Position numbers and translations under genes: made by a program. DNA of 63,417 nucleotides, filler included, from Octopus bimaculoides (lineage: Eukaryota), in the NCBI RefSeq assembly GCF_001194135.2. It is 5 parts of 5 records of this genome, joined end to end, with 100 filler letters (N's around TTAATTAATTAA, not from the genome) between each part and the next. Parts side by side here need not be neighbours in the genome. Positions count along the whole stretch, not along the records: positions 1 to 28,578 come from NC_068984.1; 4 more parts are not named here. One strand, written 5' to 3'. How positions within the stretch are numbered: position 1 is the first letter of the stretch; the number at the start of each line of letters is the position of its first letter. A model generated the notes under the pieces. The model was not told the DNA's origin. It searched no databases and saw nothing but the letters and a program-made list of their open reading frames with translations. Below, piece by piece: positions 13,286-27,673 of the stretch.

Positions 13286-14752
13286 AGTAATGCACACACA
13301 CCCTCACAAAAATATATGTAGATACATACATATATGTGTGTATGTAAGTATGTATATATAAGGGAGAGAAAGAGGGAGAGAGAGAGCAATATATAAGGAT
13401 GCGAAATTTAAGTGTAAGTTTGGGATATGAATGTCTGTGCGTGTGTGTACATGAGAATGTGTGTGAGTTTGTATGTGCATACGGGATATATATTTTTTCG
13501 CTTCACCTGTCCATAGTTTAGATTTCGGCAGCACCACCAATAGATAAATATTCACCGATTTGAAATTCTTGACACTGCTAAGTTAAGTGAACTATAACAC
13601 CTTAGATTAAAGGATGTTGAAAATTTTATACGCTATAGCTCATCGAAATAGCACAGTTCTTGTTGCATTTATGATACACATGAGTAGTAACAGCATTTTG
13701 CTTTCGTGGAAAGAAACCATGTGATATTCTCATTGACTTAACTCTTCAGTTAATCAATATGTTTTATTCATCCTTCTTGTGGAACTAAATAATCTCAAGT
13801 AGGATTTAGCTAGAAAAAGTTTTTCGTTCGCAGTGTTTCAAATTTCCTGTGAAAAATATGCAGCGCTTTGAATTTGGCTTGTTTGAAGATAATGCAAAAT
13901 GTATCTTCTCTATCATTCTAGATTTTTCGTAAATCCATATGACAAAATGCTATCATATTTAAACGCATACCAGAAACACATACTCATATAGAACTCAGCA
14001 GAGCAAGCCAAAGTAGACAAACATATGTGTACATACGCTGTCACTCGTGCATTCACCCTCATATATATATATATATATATATATATANNNNNNNNNNNNN
14101 NNNNNNNNNNNNNNNNNNNNNNNNNNNNNNNNNNNNNNNNNNNNNNNNNNNNNNNNNNNNNNNNNNNNNNNNNNNNNNNNNNNNNNNNNNNNNNNNNNNN
14201 NNNNNNNNNNNNNNNNNNNNNNNNNNNNNNNNNNNNNNNNNNNNNNNNNNNNNNNNNNNNNNNNNNNNNNNNNNNNNNNNNNNNNNNNNNNNNNNNNNNN
14301 NNNNNNNNNNNNNNNNNNNNNNNNNNNNNNNNNNNNNNNNNNNNNNNNNNNNNNNNNNNNNNNNNNNNNNNNNNNNNNNNNNNNNNNNNNNNNNNNNNNN
14401 NNNNNNNNNNNNNNNNNNNNNNNNNNNNNNNNNNNNNNNNNNNNNNNNNNNNNNNNNNNNNNNNNNNNNNNNNNNNNNNNNNNNNNNNNNNNNNNNNNNN
14501 NNNNNNNNNNNNNNNNNNNNNNNNNNNNNNNNNNNNNNNNNNNNNNNNNNNNNNNNNNNNNNNNNNNNNNNNNNNNNNNNNNNNNNNNNNNNNNNNNNNN
14601 NNNNNNNNNNNNNNNNNNNNNNNNNNNNNNNNNNNNNNNNNNNNNNNNNNNNNNNNNNNNNNNNNNNNNNNNNNNNNNNNNNNNNNNNNNNNNNNNNNNN
14701 NNNNNNNNNNNNNNNNNNNNNNNNNNNNNNNNNNNNNNNNNNNNNNNNNNNN

Positions 14753-14787
<35 letters not shown>

Positions 14788-15330
14788 GAGAGAATGAGCT
14801 ATTGTTTGAATCATTGTGACAATAAATAATACGCAGTTTCGTTATATTATAATCTCCTCAGAACTTAGATGTAAATCGAAGTAATTATATCTACTTCTTA
14901 ATTGTAGTAAGTATTGTTACTATGGGCGTAGAGAAATGTAAATGAGAGTAACTGTAAACATTCCAGCGCTACGTATGGTGAGTTGTACGTGTGTGTATGT
15001 TTGCGTGTGTCCCTGTGTGTGCGTGCGTACGTGCATATGTGTGTGTTCGTGTGTGTGTATTATGGTGACAGTTGATTTTCTCACATCATAACTTGGTAGA
15101 ACTGCGTTTGGTTTCCAATAAATTGCAGGCATGCAGACTATTAGAAAAAACCGACTCGTTTCCAACCTTAATATTGAGATTCTAGAACAAGACTGCTCTA
15201 CCAGTTTTTTTGCATAGGATATTGACAAAATGCTTCAGCACATAGTAACAATCATTCATGACATGCAGTATGGTTTCTCCAAGGATAATGGAAAATCGAC
15301 AGAAAAACATAATTCCCAAGAGTAAGAAGA

Positions 15331-15383
15331 TTCTAATGAGACGGTTCTAATGAGACGGTTCAATGAGACGGTTCTAATGAGAC
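15331..15383. repeat. 14-bp tandem repeat, about 4 copies (ttctaatgagacgg)
   Basis: Visible directly in the sequence. Confidence 0.85.
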
Positions 15384-18300
15384 ATATATATACATATATG
15401 TATGTGTATGTATGTCTCCACTGTCCTCTTATTGTTTCTAGCATTGACCCTCCATAAAGGCCAAATTTTATTTCGGAACTTATGGGATTCACTCATCGAA
15501 AGACTAATATTGTTGTTGAATGCTCGAAATGAGAAGTAGATAGATACCCGACAACTGATAAATGGTTATTCTCTGTGTTGGTTGTCCTTTCCCCCATTAT
15601 TTTCTCTTTTTGAATGCGCTATTTAACTCGTTAGTTTTCGTACTTCATGTTGTTTGCACAGTTAGTGGTGTTGTGTATATATATGTATATATATATATGT
15701 ANNNNNNNNNNNNNNNNNNNNNNNNNNNNNNNNNNNNNNNNNNNNNNNNNNNNNNNNNNNNNNNNNNNNNNNNNNNNNNNNNNNNNNNNNNNNNNNNNNN
15801 NNNNNNNNNNNNNNNNNNTGTAAACAATGTACATAATTCCTCACCTCTTAAATATAGAGCTATAAATGTTAGAATATCTACAACTAAATCAAATTGCTTA
15901 TAGAACAACACACCCGTTAAGGGAATAATATTCTAAACAACATGTTTTACATTGACCCACTTATGAACATCGAAGCACAAGATGAATAGATTTCTATACT
16001 GACTACACGATGATGTGCACAAGCAATATCATCTAAATGCAAACAGGAAATATCCTAAATAATATCAACAGCAACCAAAGAAACATTTTGACAAATAAAA
16101 AAAATACCACCAACTAAAATTTGTTTGAGAACCCTAAGAATTTCATTAGAAAGTAACTGATACGCCTACTAGCTGAATTTCTAAATGATCGATTAAATTT
16201 CGAACTTCGACAAAGCAAAGGGCCAAATCCAATACGACCAATAATAACTAAAAGCAATGACATATTCACAGCCCGAATAACTTCCTCTACTGTTCGAGTC
16301 CTGTTCTGTGAACCGCTAATTCCATGACATAAATCTTAAACACCTATACAAAGTGCTACACGCATGAATATATTGTCAACAATAACATAACTGCAAACTA
16401 AATTTATAAAATTTCTCTCTACAACAAGGCTCCATGTCAAGACATCCTACAACCAAAATATTGTGCAATTCTATCGCACAACCTCCAGAAAATACTCTAC
16501 TCCACAAAACTGTAAAGAGCCAAGAATAGCTTCATGTACCACAGTCCGTTGTTGGTTGGCCTATCTGAATCATTGAAATCACTATCAATACTATACCATT
16601 AATTTATGATATATACACATGCATACACATATATGTGTGTGTATGTGGTTAGATATACATTTACTTATATTTTATGCATGTACATATATACACACATAAA
16701 TGTACATATAAATCTCTGCATATGGATACACCTATCTGAACGTGCATACACGCACGCGATGCACACAAACACAGAGACACACACACACACACACATATAG
16801 TGAGAGAGACAGAAAGAGACAGCAAGAGGGGGTAGTAACAGTCAAAGACGAACAGGGAGAGATAGAAACAGTCAATTAAAGAGGAAAAATGTCAGAAAAC
16901 ATAGAAATAATAGACAGAAAACATATAGACAAAGCATACCGAAGTAATCAACGTAAATATATATAATTTATTAACACGCTACTTTATGACAGTGTTCCTA
17001 ATTTTATGCTTAGTGAGTTTGTCTTCATATGATTTTTTATGTGTCCTATGAATAAACAGATATAAAATTTCTAAGTAAACAAGTCGTCAAGCAATCACAA
17101 TATAAAAGTCTAAAATTTCAATAGTTTCAAGAGGTATCCGTATTCATTTTCTGCATAAAACTGCATTTTAGTAGATATGACTTTTCCAATGACCGTTTTA
17201 AATACGAAGATATATTTCAAGATTCCATTTTGCAGGAACAAAATCAATAAATCAATAATATCTCGCTTCAAACAGTTGAGAGAAATTTTCTACATCCTGA
17301 TTCGCAGTTTACGCTTTACCTTTTCAACATTTATGGAGTACTACGTTGAGATTGAAACACACAACACAGATTGCGTCTATTTTAACCATACTTCATGCAT
17401 CATTAATTATTTATAAAAGTATTCAATAGATGAAACAGTGAAGAGAATAAAAAAAAACTGTGACGTATTGTACATGGATATCGAATGATGTGTGTGAATT
17501 GTTGTAATTCGCGGTACTTTTATTCGTATATATATTCTGCATGGCTGAGTAAAAGGATCTTACACACATACGCACTCCTACGCAGTATCATGATGCACAC
17601 CAATATTTTGCACACCAATATGTGTGTGTGTGTGTATATTTGTATCTCTCTCTCTCTCTCTGTATATATATGTATGTGTATGTGTGTGGGTGTGTGTGTG
17701 TATACATATATGTACGTATGCATATATATGTATGTATTTATATATACATTTACATATATATTATATACATATGCATGCGAATGCATGCACATATAGATTT
17801 ACAAAGAGATACACACACAGATATATACACACGAATGCACGACATACACACATACAGAAACGCACATATATACTTACATACGCATGCGAAATGGGGTGAC
17901 TTTTCAGCTTCTACTTTCTTAGGTATATACATTACAGAGATCACTATTTATTTCCGTGCCTTACTGGTTTGCATATATTTGTATTGTAACATAAAGGAGC
18001 TTTTTATAGACGTGATCTACGAGGGGTAAGAAAAAGAAACCGAAATGTAGCTATATTATTTTATTCCCTTAGCTTTACATGTTTCTACTTTTTTATCGCC
18101 TTGAAAGTATTAAGAAATTATTCAGAAATAATTTAATATTTATACATAGTGTACACTTAAATACTAATCTTTGAATCTCTATAAATTCACACTTAGCTTT
18201 TATAAAACTATACTGATATATTCACTACATATAAAAAAATCTGCTTCGATTATAATTTTATTAATGTATAATTAAAATGTTCTTTTACCTCAATATTCCT

Positions 18301-19158
18301 TTATTATTACCAGTTTTTTTTACTAATTAAACAATATTCACAGATACTATCTGATGAGTTATTATTTAAGTGTAGAATATGTTTAAATAGTAAAATATTT
18401 CTGAATAATTTATTTTCCTCCCTCTATTGTGGTAAAAGTTTGGTATATACTCAAAAAGTATCCATAAATTTCTACCCTTTTGTTGATATATACTTCTAAA
18501 TAACCTTCCAAATAGCCATAAACTTTATCTGTATACAATATAGCAACATTGTTTTTAAAACATTTAACTATAGTACTATATGATAAGACTTCCCTTGTTT
18601 CATTATCAATGGTCCACTAGTTGTCAGCCAGCATCCTGTTTTAAGTTTTCCTTTACCAAACCTTATGATTCTTATGACTATACCAACTATGATTTTTGTC
18701 TGCTCTCTCAGACCTAACCCTAACAGATAATGCCCTTTATTCTCTTAGTCTTTTAAATTTAAAACTGACGCCATAAAAACAAATAAAATCAGTGACAGGC
18801 AGTCTTCTTGACAATTTATTAACTTCTATGTTGTAGTAGAGACAACATTTTCTTTGTCTATCTCTCTACCTACTTTGAGATTTTAGCTATAATTATGCTA
18901 ATATGTCCATCTGTTCTAATTTAATTAAATTTTATGTCTTTGTGCAGCTGAGGATTGCTCTGCATTTTAAATTGATGTAATTATTGCATTGTTCAATTAA
19001 ATGGAGTCGCATGAAACGATCGTATATCCTTGTTGCTTATTTTGATTTTAATCACCTTAAAAATTGTATGGATAATACCGTACTAAATTCTGGTGCCTCA
19101 ATTTCAGTACCATATTCACGTGAAGCTAAATTTTTGCTGAACTCGTCTACGATACACA

Positions 19159-19208
<50 letters not shown>

Positions 19209-19914
19209 CAGACAGATACATACATATATGTATATTTCGAAAGTAATATTTCAAAAAATGGATTCAGTAGGATAAATAATCCTGACGGTGAACGTGTTTC
19301 CTCTTGAATCGGTTTAAAATGCTGGCTAACTCACGTTGCTTGACTCCGGTATTCATTCCGCTTCCTGTTATCTTCAGCTTAACGTCGAATGGCAGTAAAA
19401 TAATAGACCATGAAGTAGCTGTGTCGACAATAACACCAAAATGGGCACCTAACTGTGTGCAGTTGAAACGCTCGTAGATATACGAAACTATGCTGTAAAT
19501 AATTGTTTAATAAGATTATAAATGTGGAAAAACTCTTTTCTCCTCACCATTATTAATACTATATATATATATATATNNNNNNNNNNNNNNNNNNNNNNNN
19601 NNNNNNNNNNNNNNNNNNNNNNNNNNNNNNNNNNNNNNNNNNNNNNNNNNNNNNNNNNNNNNNNNNNNNNNNNNNNNNNNNNNNNNNNNNNNNNNNNNNN
19701 NNNNNNNNNNNNNNNNNNNNNNNNNNNNNNNNNNNNNNNNNNNNNNNNNNNNNNNNNNNNNNNNNNNNNNNNNNNNNNNNNNNNNNNNNNNNNNNNNNNN
19801 NNNNNNNNNNNNNATATATATATATGTGTGTGTATGTATGTATGTATGTATGTATGTATACGCATATTTACATTTATATATGGTTATATCAATCTACGTA
19901 TATACACAGATAGA

Positions 19915-19920
19915 TTGATT

Positions 19921-20000
<80 letters not shown>
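19915..20000. repeat. (GATA)n microsatellite; others at 10630-10680 and 48420-48457. Numerous (TA)n, (CA)n, (GA)n and (TATG)n tracts occur throughout, often flanking N gaps
   Basis: Visible directly in the sequence. Confidence 0.95.
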
Positions 20001-20002
<2 letters not shown>

Positions 20003-20608
20003 GAAAGTAAGGGAGAAAATGAGAGAGAGAGAGATTAAAACAAAGAATGAGAGGGTGTATGCTCCGATAGGTGTACTGTTCATGAGCATGCATCTATCTT
20101 TATAGGGCTGTATCTAGTATGTATGCATTTTCATTTACATAAATCTGATTAACTTCCTTTATTTCATCTTAACACTCATTGAATTGCAAAGCAAACAGCT
20201 TATGTCTTATAAATATCTAATTTAGTACAATTTGCAGCTTGAAAACAAAATTAAATGGCGTATGAACAATATCGGCTGTATTTCATACATATTTATCACT
20301 AAATTTGTATTGTGTGTTATACTTTTGCGTACATCATAATGTATCTCATTATTATTCGGATTCAATATTGCCCACCTTATAATATACATCAAGATATATA
20401 CAATATTTAGTATATCACTGCATTCTGCAACTGTAGAATATATTATCCCGTAGATAAGCTGATATACTACTTTAGATTACAAAAGTTTGGAGGCATCGAA
20501 ATGGAAAATTCTCCTGCAATGTGAATTGTATGAAATATGTTGCATAGCAATGTTTAGTTGTTTGTTATACGTAAATTCATAAAGACGTTGCAATAAAAAT
20601 TAGTATTT

Positions 20609-20629
20609 TTATTGTTGTTGTTGTTGTTG

Positions 20630-20705
<76 letters not shown>

Positions 20706-20720
20706 CATTATCGTTATCAA

Positions 20721-20757
<37 letters not shown>

Positions 20758-20765
20758 GTTATTAA

Positions 20766-20820
<55 letters not shown>

Positions 20821-20821
20821 G

Positions 20822-20855
<34 letters not shown>

Positions 20856-20860
20856 CATTT
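20609..20860. repeat. Long (GTT)n/(ATT)n microsatellite
   Basis: Visible directly; the source of the poly-I/poly-L ORFs. Confidence 0.95.
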
Positions 20861-21052
20861 TATATACATATACATACATGTCTATGTATGCATATATGCA
20901 GGTATATATACATATATGTCAAACAATCATATATATATATTTATATTTATATTTATATTTATATATACGCACCCATATGCACACATACACATGCATATGC
21001 ACAAACACATGCATATGCACAAACACACAAACATATATAAATATATATATGT

Positions 21053-21097
<45 letters not shown>

Positions 21098-22409
21098 GAG
21101 AGAGAGAGAGAGAGACAGAGACAGTGGGAGATACGGAGAAATGGATAGCTATGTGGACACATTCATACAGAGACACACACATTTATAATACAAACACATG
21201 ATATAGATGTTAAGACAGATGTTAAAAGAGAGATAATATCAAAAAAATGTTGTCTCTTCAATAAACAGAAAGATAAATGTGAATTTCCATACATACATAT
21301 TTACTTATATTCTTGACTTATCAGAATAACTATCTGCGTATGTATAATATAAATACACATACATATGTAAATATGCCAGTTGGTATCTCTATCTATCTAC
21401 CTACAAACATGCATACATACATATGTGTGAGTGGTGACATAACCTTTCTTGAAATGTGTGCATAAACATTATAATAACTAACTTAGCAGTACCGACAACA
21501 AAGGCACCGTTTTGAAAGAATTAACCTGAAATGTTTTCATTTAATGCAATGGCATACTAAGCGTTTCGGTATAGACATGTGAGAGTGGATATGTCGCACA
21601 TCTATTTTATAACAGTTGTACAAAACACGAAACGTTATATGCTATCAATAATAAATGTAACATCAACGAATACATAAATAAAATTATTTTCAATTATATA
21701 TGCTGCTGTTAAATTGAAACATATTTCATAGTATAAAGATTTTACATAATATACGGACACTGCATTTATTTCCTATGGTAAAATATAAGATTTACCGTAC
21801 ATGTTATTAAAATATTACTGTTGTACATATGTATATGCTGTATAATTTCGGATGTCTGAAGTAATTATTGTTCAGTCATCATTCACTGTGTCAGTTTTGG
21901 TAAATGCTTTGTAATAAAATAGCCTTCGCTGTAGGTAGTAGATTTAAACGCTTTCTCGCCGATCGAAGTAGATTTTTATTACAAATTTATTTGTTAACAT
22001 TGTTATTTTATTCTACAAGGGTAGAAATATAGAAACGTAGAAGTAGAAAATGCATTGAGAATAGTTGAAATGTTCCTATTATATTTGACACTTTACACTG
22101 ATTTTCAAAATTTGAGATCAAAAGAAGTGGGTTCTGCCGCAACTGACTTGCTTCTAACTAGTGTTTTAAGCTTGTCTCTTTTTTTTTTTTTTTTGATAGG
22201 GTGTATATGGCACAAAATAGTATATTTTGGGTCGGACTTGACTGCTATAGGATAGTCACATGACAGGTCTTATAAAGTTTTGTAGATTTTCTGCTACGTC
22301 CGTAGAAAGGCAGATTGAGCAGACCTGGAATATGGTGTACATATGTTTTCACATAAGTCTATGTCATCTCAATGGAATTTGCCTAGTACTGAGGTTTTGT
22401 ATTTGTTGT

Positions 22410-23400
22410 CAGTCAGTCTATTTCTGAGAGGAAACTTTGTTTCAGATTTGACAAAGCTGAGTTCCTGTGAATGATGTATTTCGAAGCTTTTGGTTTCATG
22501 TTATAGGAGTGGAGGAGCTTCACTTTGTTGTTCACAGTTTCTAACCAAAGTTCAGTATCAATGCCGGGGAGTCTATTTTTAGCGTGCTCAGTGGGGAAAT
22601 CTAGAGTTACCTTGATACTTTGGTGGTTTGAGTTAGCTACATGCTGGATGCTCTCCGATATGCTCATCTCGGTTTCTGCATAACCGTTACTACAGTTGGT
22701 CTTAACTATAATATTAGTGTCGTCTACATAACTACAGTAAAGCAAAAGAGTTGTGGACTGTTCTGATAAGGAATGTTTCAGCTTTCTGTCCCACCAGGTA
22801 ATGAAGAAGCCGGCCACCGACACAAATGGGTGCACCTTGAACCTGCATGCATAGTTTCCTGTGAAACTTTAATACATGCTTCTTCAAGGTAGTTCTTATG
22901 CTAGACTTATTGCATGTTCAATCATTCTTTTCACTTAATCGTTGTTTCAGGGTCTTGGGTGGGTATGATCCAGCTACTGCATTGCACTGCAGTGATTTTC
23001 ATCACTACTGTGGTGATGATGGGTGGTCGTCCCCTCTGTGACCTGGTGGGGCAGAATCTACTAAGGTCATGGATGTTTAGATAGTTACTGTCGTACCTTA
23101 TTTGAAGGAGGAGGCCCGCTTCCCTCGTGTTGATTTCACAAAACACAACTTACCTCTCACAGATAATCTCAAAACATGTTCCCACGGCAAAATATGTGTC
23201 TATAGATTGATAGAGTGAAATTACTTCCATACTATCCACTTACACAATCTGTGAGGTTGTTGGAGTGGTTGCAACTACTGATAGGACTGAGGAGATCCTC
23301 CGTGCTCACACAGACATCTAGGGACATATCAATGAGTGGTTTAATACTCTAACTCATGAAAAACCCGTGAGAAGACGTAGGATGGTCTATAATTCCTAGA
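22410..23400 (-). mobile_element. Penelope-like element, reverse-transcriptase fragment
   Basis: SMEVISLYQSID, KHVLKF...QVQGAPI, YVDDTNI, DTELW...KPKASKYIIHRNSA (PLE-type RT motifs); contains stops and frameshifts. Confidence 0.8.
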
Positions 23401-23499
23401 GATATTCGCTACACAAACTGATCGGGTTGGGGCCCTATAGCAGGCTTTACGTAGGGTTTAAGGTCCTTACGTAACCTGTATAGCGAAGAAACATCAATA

Positions 23500-24560
23500 T
23501 TGAAAGCTTAGAAATTATGTGCAGCCCGTTTCAGATGTGGCCGTCTTCTTCATGACCTGGTGGGGCAGGAAGCTTAAACAATCCTTAGCAGGACAGACAA
23601 AAATCTCTTTTACTTTACAGTAGGTATGTAGACTACATTAATATTCTAGTTAAGACCAACTCTAGTATCAGTAACACAAAAACCGATAGGAACATAATGG
23701 ACACAGCATCCAGCACGTAGCTAACTTCATCCACCAAAGTATCAAGGTAACTATAGATTACCACACTAGGCAACCTAACAATAAACTCTCCGTCCTTGAT
23801 ACTGAAATTTGGTTAGAGACTGTGAACAACAGAGTGCACCTACTGCAGTCTTATTATATAAAACACATAGCTTCGAAATACGTTGTTCACAAGAACTCAG
23901 TTTTGACACAACATGAAAATCAACATACTAATAGCAGACTTAGTTAAGATAATGTACAACGTATCCCCACAATGCAAACCCCATGAAACGAAGAAACATG
24001 TACAGAACTTCATTCCCCGCATGCAATTCTCTGGATATGATCAGAAACATAGGGTTCGGGTATACAGGGGTGCTAGAATGAACTTAGATAACATCATATG
24101 TAATGAAACGAGTGGTACTTGCCCTAGCTAGAGAAGTAGAGACTGGAATAGAATACAAAGAGTTTATGACAAAGCAAGCAGGATGAACACATGGTACAAG
24201 ACCGACAAATATCAAGGAGTGATGATTGTAGAGGAGAATTAGCCCATGGAGAACTAGCCCGTAGATCTATGAGAACTCTGAAGGAGGCCAAAATCAACAT
24301 TAATAACGCTGAAAAGCCAGGGAGATCTATCATATCACATCTATGTAGGACGTACACTTTTAAGAATACCACATGTACCAATGATAACTGCATGGTATGT
24401 AGGATTAAGTTTAGCCTTCACTAGAAATGTAGTCTACAGCATAAGGTGCATGGAAGTTGCTTGTAAAGACAAGAACATGTTATACATAGGTGAGACATCA
24501 AGGAGCACTGTGAAAATACTAAATCAACACTTGAGACAATATGACGACAAAAAAGTCCTC
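23500..24560 (+). mobile_element. Penelope-like element, RT C-terminus plus GIY-YIG endonuclease
   Basis: YVDY(D)INI region homologous to the minus copy; thumb (ILIADLVKIMYN...MQFSGY); NCMVC...RNVVYSIRCMEVAC...LYIGETSRS. Confidence 0.82.
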
Positions 24561-25711
24561 CATACTCTACCAAGAGGCCAACTTATGTATGTCTGTGGGT
24601 GTGTGGGTGAGTGTGTGCGTGTGCGTGGGTGCGTGTGTGTGCGTATATATATATATATATATNNNNNNNNNNNNNNNNNNNNNNNNNNNNNNNNNNNNNN
24701 NNNNNNNNNNNNNNNNNNNNNNNNNNNNNNNNNNNNNNNNNNNNNNNNNNNNNNNNNNNNNNNNNNNNNNNNNNNNNNNNNNNNNNNNNNNNNNNNNNNN
24801 NNNNNNNNNNNNNNNNNNNNNNNNNNNNNNNNNNNNNNNNNNNNNNNNNNNNNNNNNNNNNNNNNNNNNNNNNNNNNNNNNNNNNNNNNNNNNNNNNNNN
24901 NNNNNNNNNNNNNNNNNNNNNNNNNNNNNNNNNNNNNNNNNNNNNNNNNNNNNNNNNNNNNNNNNNNNNNNNNNNNNNNNNNNNNNNNNNNNNNNNNNNN
25001 NNNNNNNNNNNNNNNNNNNNNNNNNNNNNNNNNNNNNNNNNNNNNNNNNNNNNNNNNNNNNNNNNNNNNNNNNNNNNNNNNNNNNTATATATATATATAT
25101 ATATATATATGCATACACACATATATGCATACATGCATGCATATGTGTATGCGCACACATGCGCACAAACTAATAGAATGAAACTCAGAGAACGGACAGA
25201 TTCAACGACTACTGAAAGACGCAACAAAATTGGCTCGAACACACGAACACACATAAAGAATCTTGCACACCAAATCCCCAAGCGAAATGTTATTTCATAG
25301 TTCATCATAATTCATTATATATTTATTTTCGGTAAATTTGCATTACATCTTTCATATTTCTAAATCCTTTTTAGATAACATTACACTTTTGTATATCAAT
25401 TTACATTAATAACATTTATCTTGCATGCATTGCATTTCACAAACCTATACAGAAAGCATAAATAAACATTTAGTCTATTCTAATAGGACATACGTAAGTA
25501 ATTCTTGAATAATATACTTTCCAAATCTGACCAAAATCATTAAGCCTAAAATCCACATATAAACTTACCATGTCATATATAATTCCAGGTTAACCTCAAT
25601 GTCAATAGAGTAACTGTTCTGTACATAACTTGGAAGTAATTAATTTTGTAACATAGTACATACAAGAATAATTACACACATATTCAGACATATATGTGTG
25701 TGTGTGTGTTT

Positions 25712-25764
<53 letters not shown>

Positions 25765-25767
25765 CAT

Positions 25768-26330
25768 ATATCAACCACGGCCTCCAGACGACTTCGGCAT
25801 CTTCTGCATCTCTTGTGGACGGTCTCCTTGTTTAAGCTGGTGAATGCTGCTACAATACTTACCTTAAGTTCATCTCTGCTGTTACAAGCAGTTTTGTTGG
25901 TCTCTCGCTTAACTGCGACGCACACATAATTATCAAAGGGGTTGCAATCTGGTGAGTTAGGTGGACAGGCATTGGTGGTGCTTTGATTGTAGATGTTATC
26001 TGACAGTCATATTTGGCTTCTCCCGCTTGTGCGGTATGGCGCGCAGTCCTGTCGCTAGACATAGGATCTTCCAGCAGTCACCCTCTTCATCCAGGATAGC
26101 ACTACCACATCCAGGCACTTGATGTAGGCCTCTCTCTTGAGTCTAAGGCGATGTGGGAGGATGAATGGTGGCATGACTCCACCATCACTAGTGATGACTC
26201 CAATCACCATGATATTGACTGGATGTTTGATTTTAATCACTCTCGGTGCATGTCCTTAGATTTCAATGCTCTTAGATTGACACACAGGCACTGAAATGTT
26301 TGTCATGGACTTTCGATGCGACTGCCATGT
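25768..26330 (-). mobile_element. Tc1/mariner DD37D (maT-type) transposase remnant
   Basis: KHPVNIMVIGVITSDGGVMPPFI...YV*RQDCAPYRTS...CPPNSPDCNPFDNYV...RCRSRLEAVVD; 37 residues between the last two catalytic Asp; two W-to-stop mutations. Confidence 0.85.
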
Positions 26331-26929
26331 ATTATGGCATGTCGTTTCCAAATTTCTGGCAGATTGAACTATACTGTGTATTCTACAAAATCAAAGACAA
26401 ACAATGCGCATACATACATATGTATGTATGTTGTGTGCAGTTTAATTAGATGATCATAAAATCTTGTTCTCTAAATGATGGTAATATCACAGCAGCTAAA
26501 ATATCTGCAATTAAATATTTGAACTTACAGCCTGCATTGCCTGTCCCAACCTAACACTATGCTACTAGAATAGATTTAGTTCAGTCCTTTCTTATGTAAA
26601 TGTTAGGATAATAACCTAATGACCTGAATCTCGACAACTAAATTATAGCAATATATTCTACGATACACAAGCATTTGTTCAAAATGTTCTTTGTCATATT
26701 ACATATTTCGTAATATTTCACCGGAATATTTCACTACTTTCTCCTTACTGCTACCCTTACGAATTACCTAATAATTTGTTGATTTTAAATGTTTTGCAAA
26801 ATTTGTTCTTAAGTTTTCTAATTAAAGACAAAGATCTATATTTAATTGCATAGCTGATTTGATCAATTGTCTCCAACTTGATATCCTATTTTGTCTTAAA
26901 TTCAACTTATAATACCCTCACCGCCACTA

Positions 26930-26992
26930 ATACTACTATAATACCCTCACCACAACTAACAACTGCAACAACGACTACAACAACAACAACAT

Positions 26993-27043
<51 letters not shown>

Positions 27044-27186
27044 TTACTACAACCATCACTTCTACTACTACCACCACCACTACTACTATTACCACCACCA
27101 CTACTTCTACTACAACCACCACTAATACTGCTGCTAATACTACTACTACCACTACTATTACTACCACCACTACTACTGCTCACAAA

Positions 27187-27238
<52 letters not shown>

Positions 27239-27240
27239 TC
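26930..27240. repeat. Degenerate (ACT/ACC/ACA)n trinucleotide tract
   Basis: Visible directly; the source of the poly-Thr and poly-Val ORFs. Confidence 0.9.
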
Positions 27241-27626
27241 GTAAATCCTTGCAACTGTTTCCCACTCTCAGAAATAATTCAGGTGGAATCGAGGCTATAA
27301 AAAGCTACACATATCTACGTTGCTGCACTTTGGGATCAAATTCGTGACCAATAACGATAAATTGTTAGACGTTCAACAATTGTTGACCTGTACATGCACA
27401 AAGATGTGCATAAATTCACACACATATTCACAAACACGCACAAACACGTATATATGACTTTATTTCATCAGAAGGTCTTCTCATAGGTTTATATTCACTT
27501 AAATATAATGTTGTGAGAATATATTGAGTACATTCTCTAACATTAGCCTTCTAAATCCATTGATTCACTCGAATCATGTATATACACATAAACACATACT
27601 TACAAACACGTAGAAACATGTTTGTG

Positions 27627-27673
<47 letters not shown>

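Noticed and set aside
15331-15383. Short direct repeats as a CRISPR-like array (also 43629-43705)
   Set aside because: They are head-to-tail with no unique spacers, in a eukaryotic context with no cas genes.
15960-16560. Possible very old LINE RT remnant
   Set aside because: Only vague motif resemblance; no alignable conserved block by eye.
18017-18110. TA-CGAGGG mariner-like terminal sequence
   Set aside because: No matching second TIR or transposase sequence was found nearby; too short to support a call.
26878-27300. Poly-Thr mucin-like ORF
   Set aside because: It is a degenerate (ACT)n microsatellite with no convincing splice sites or non-repetitive coding flank.
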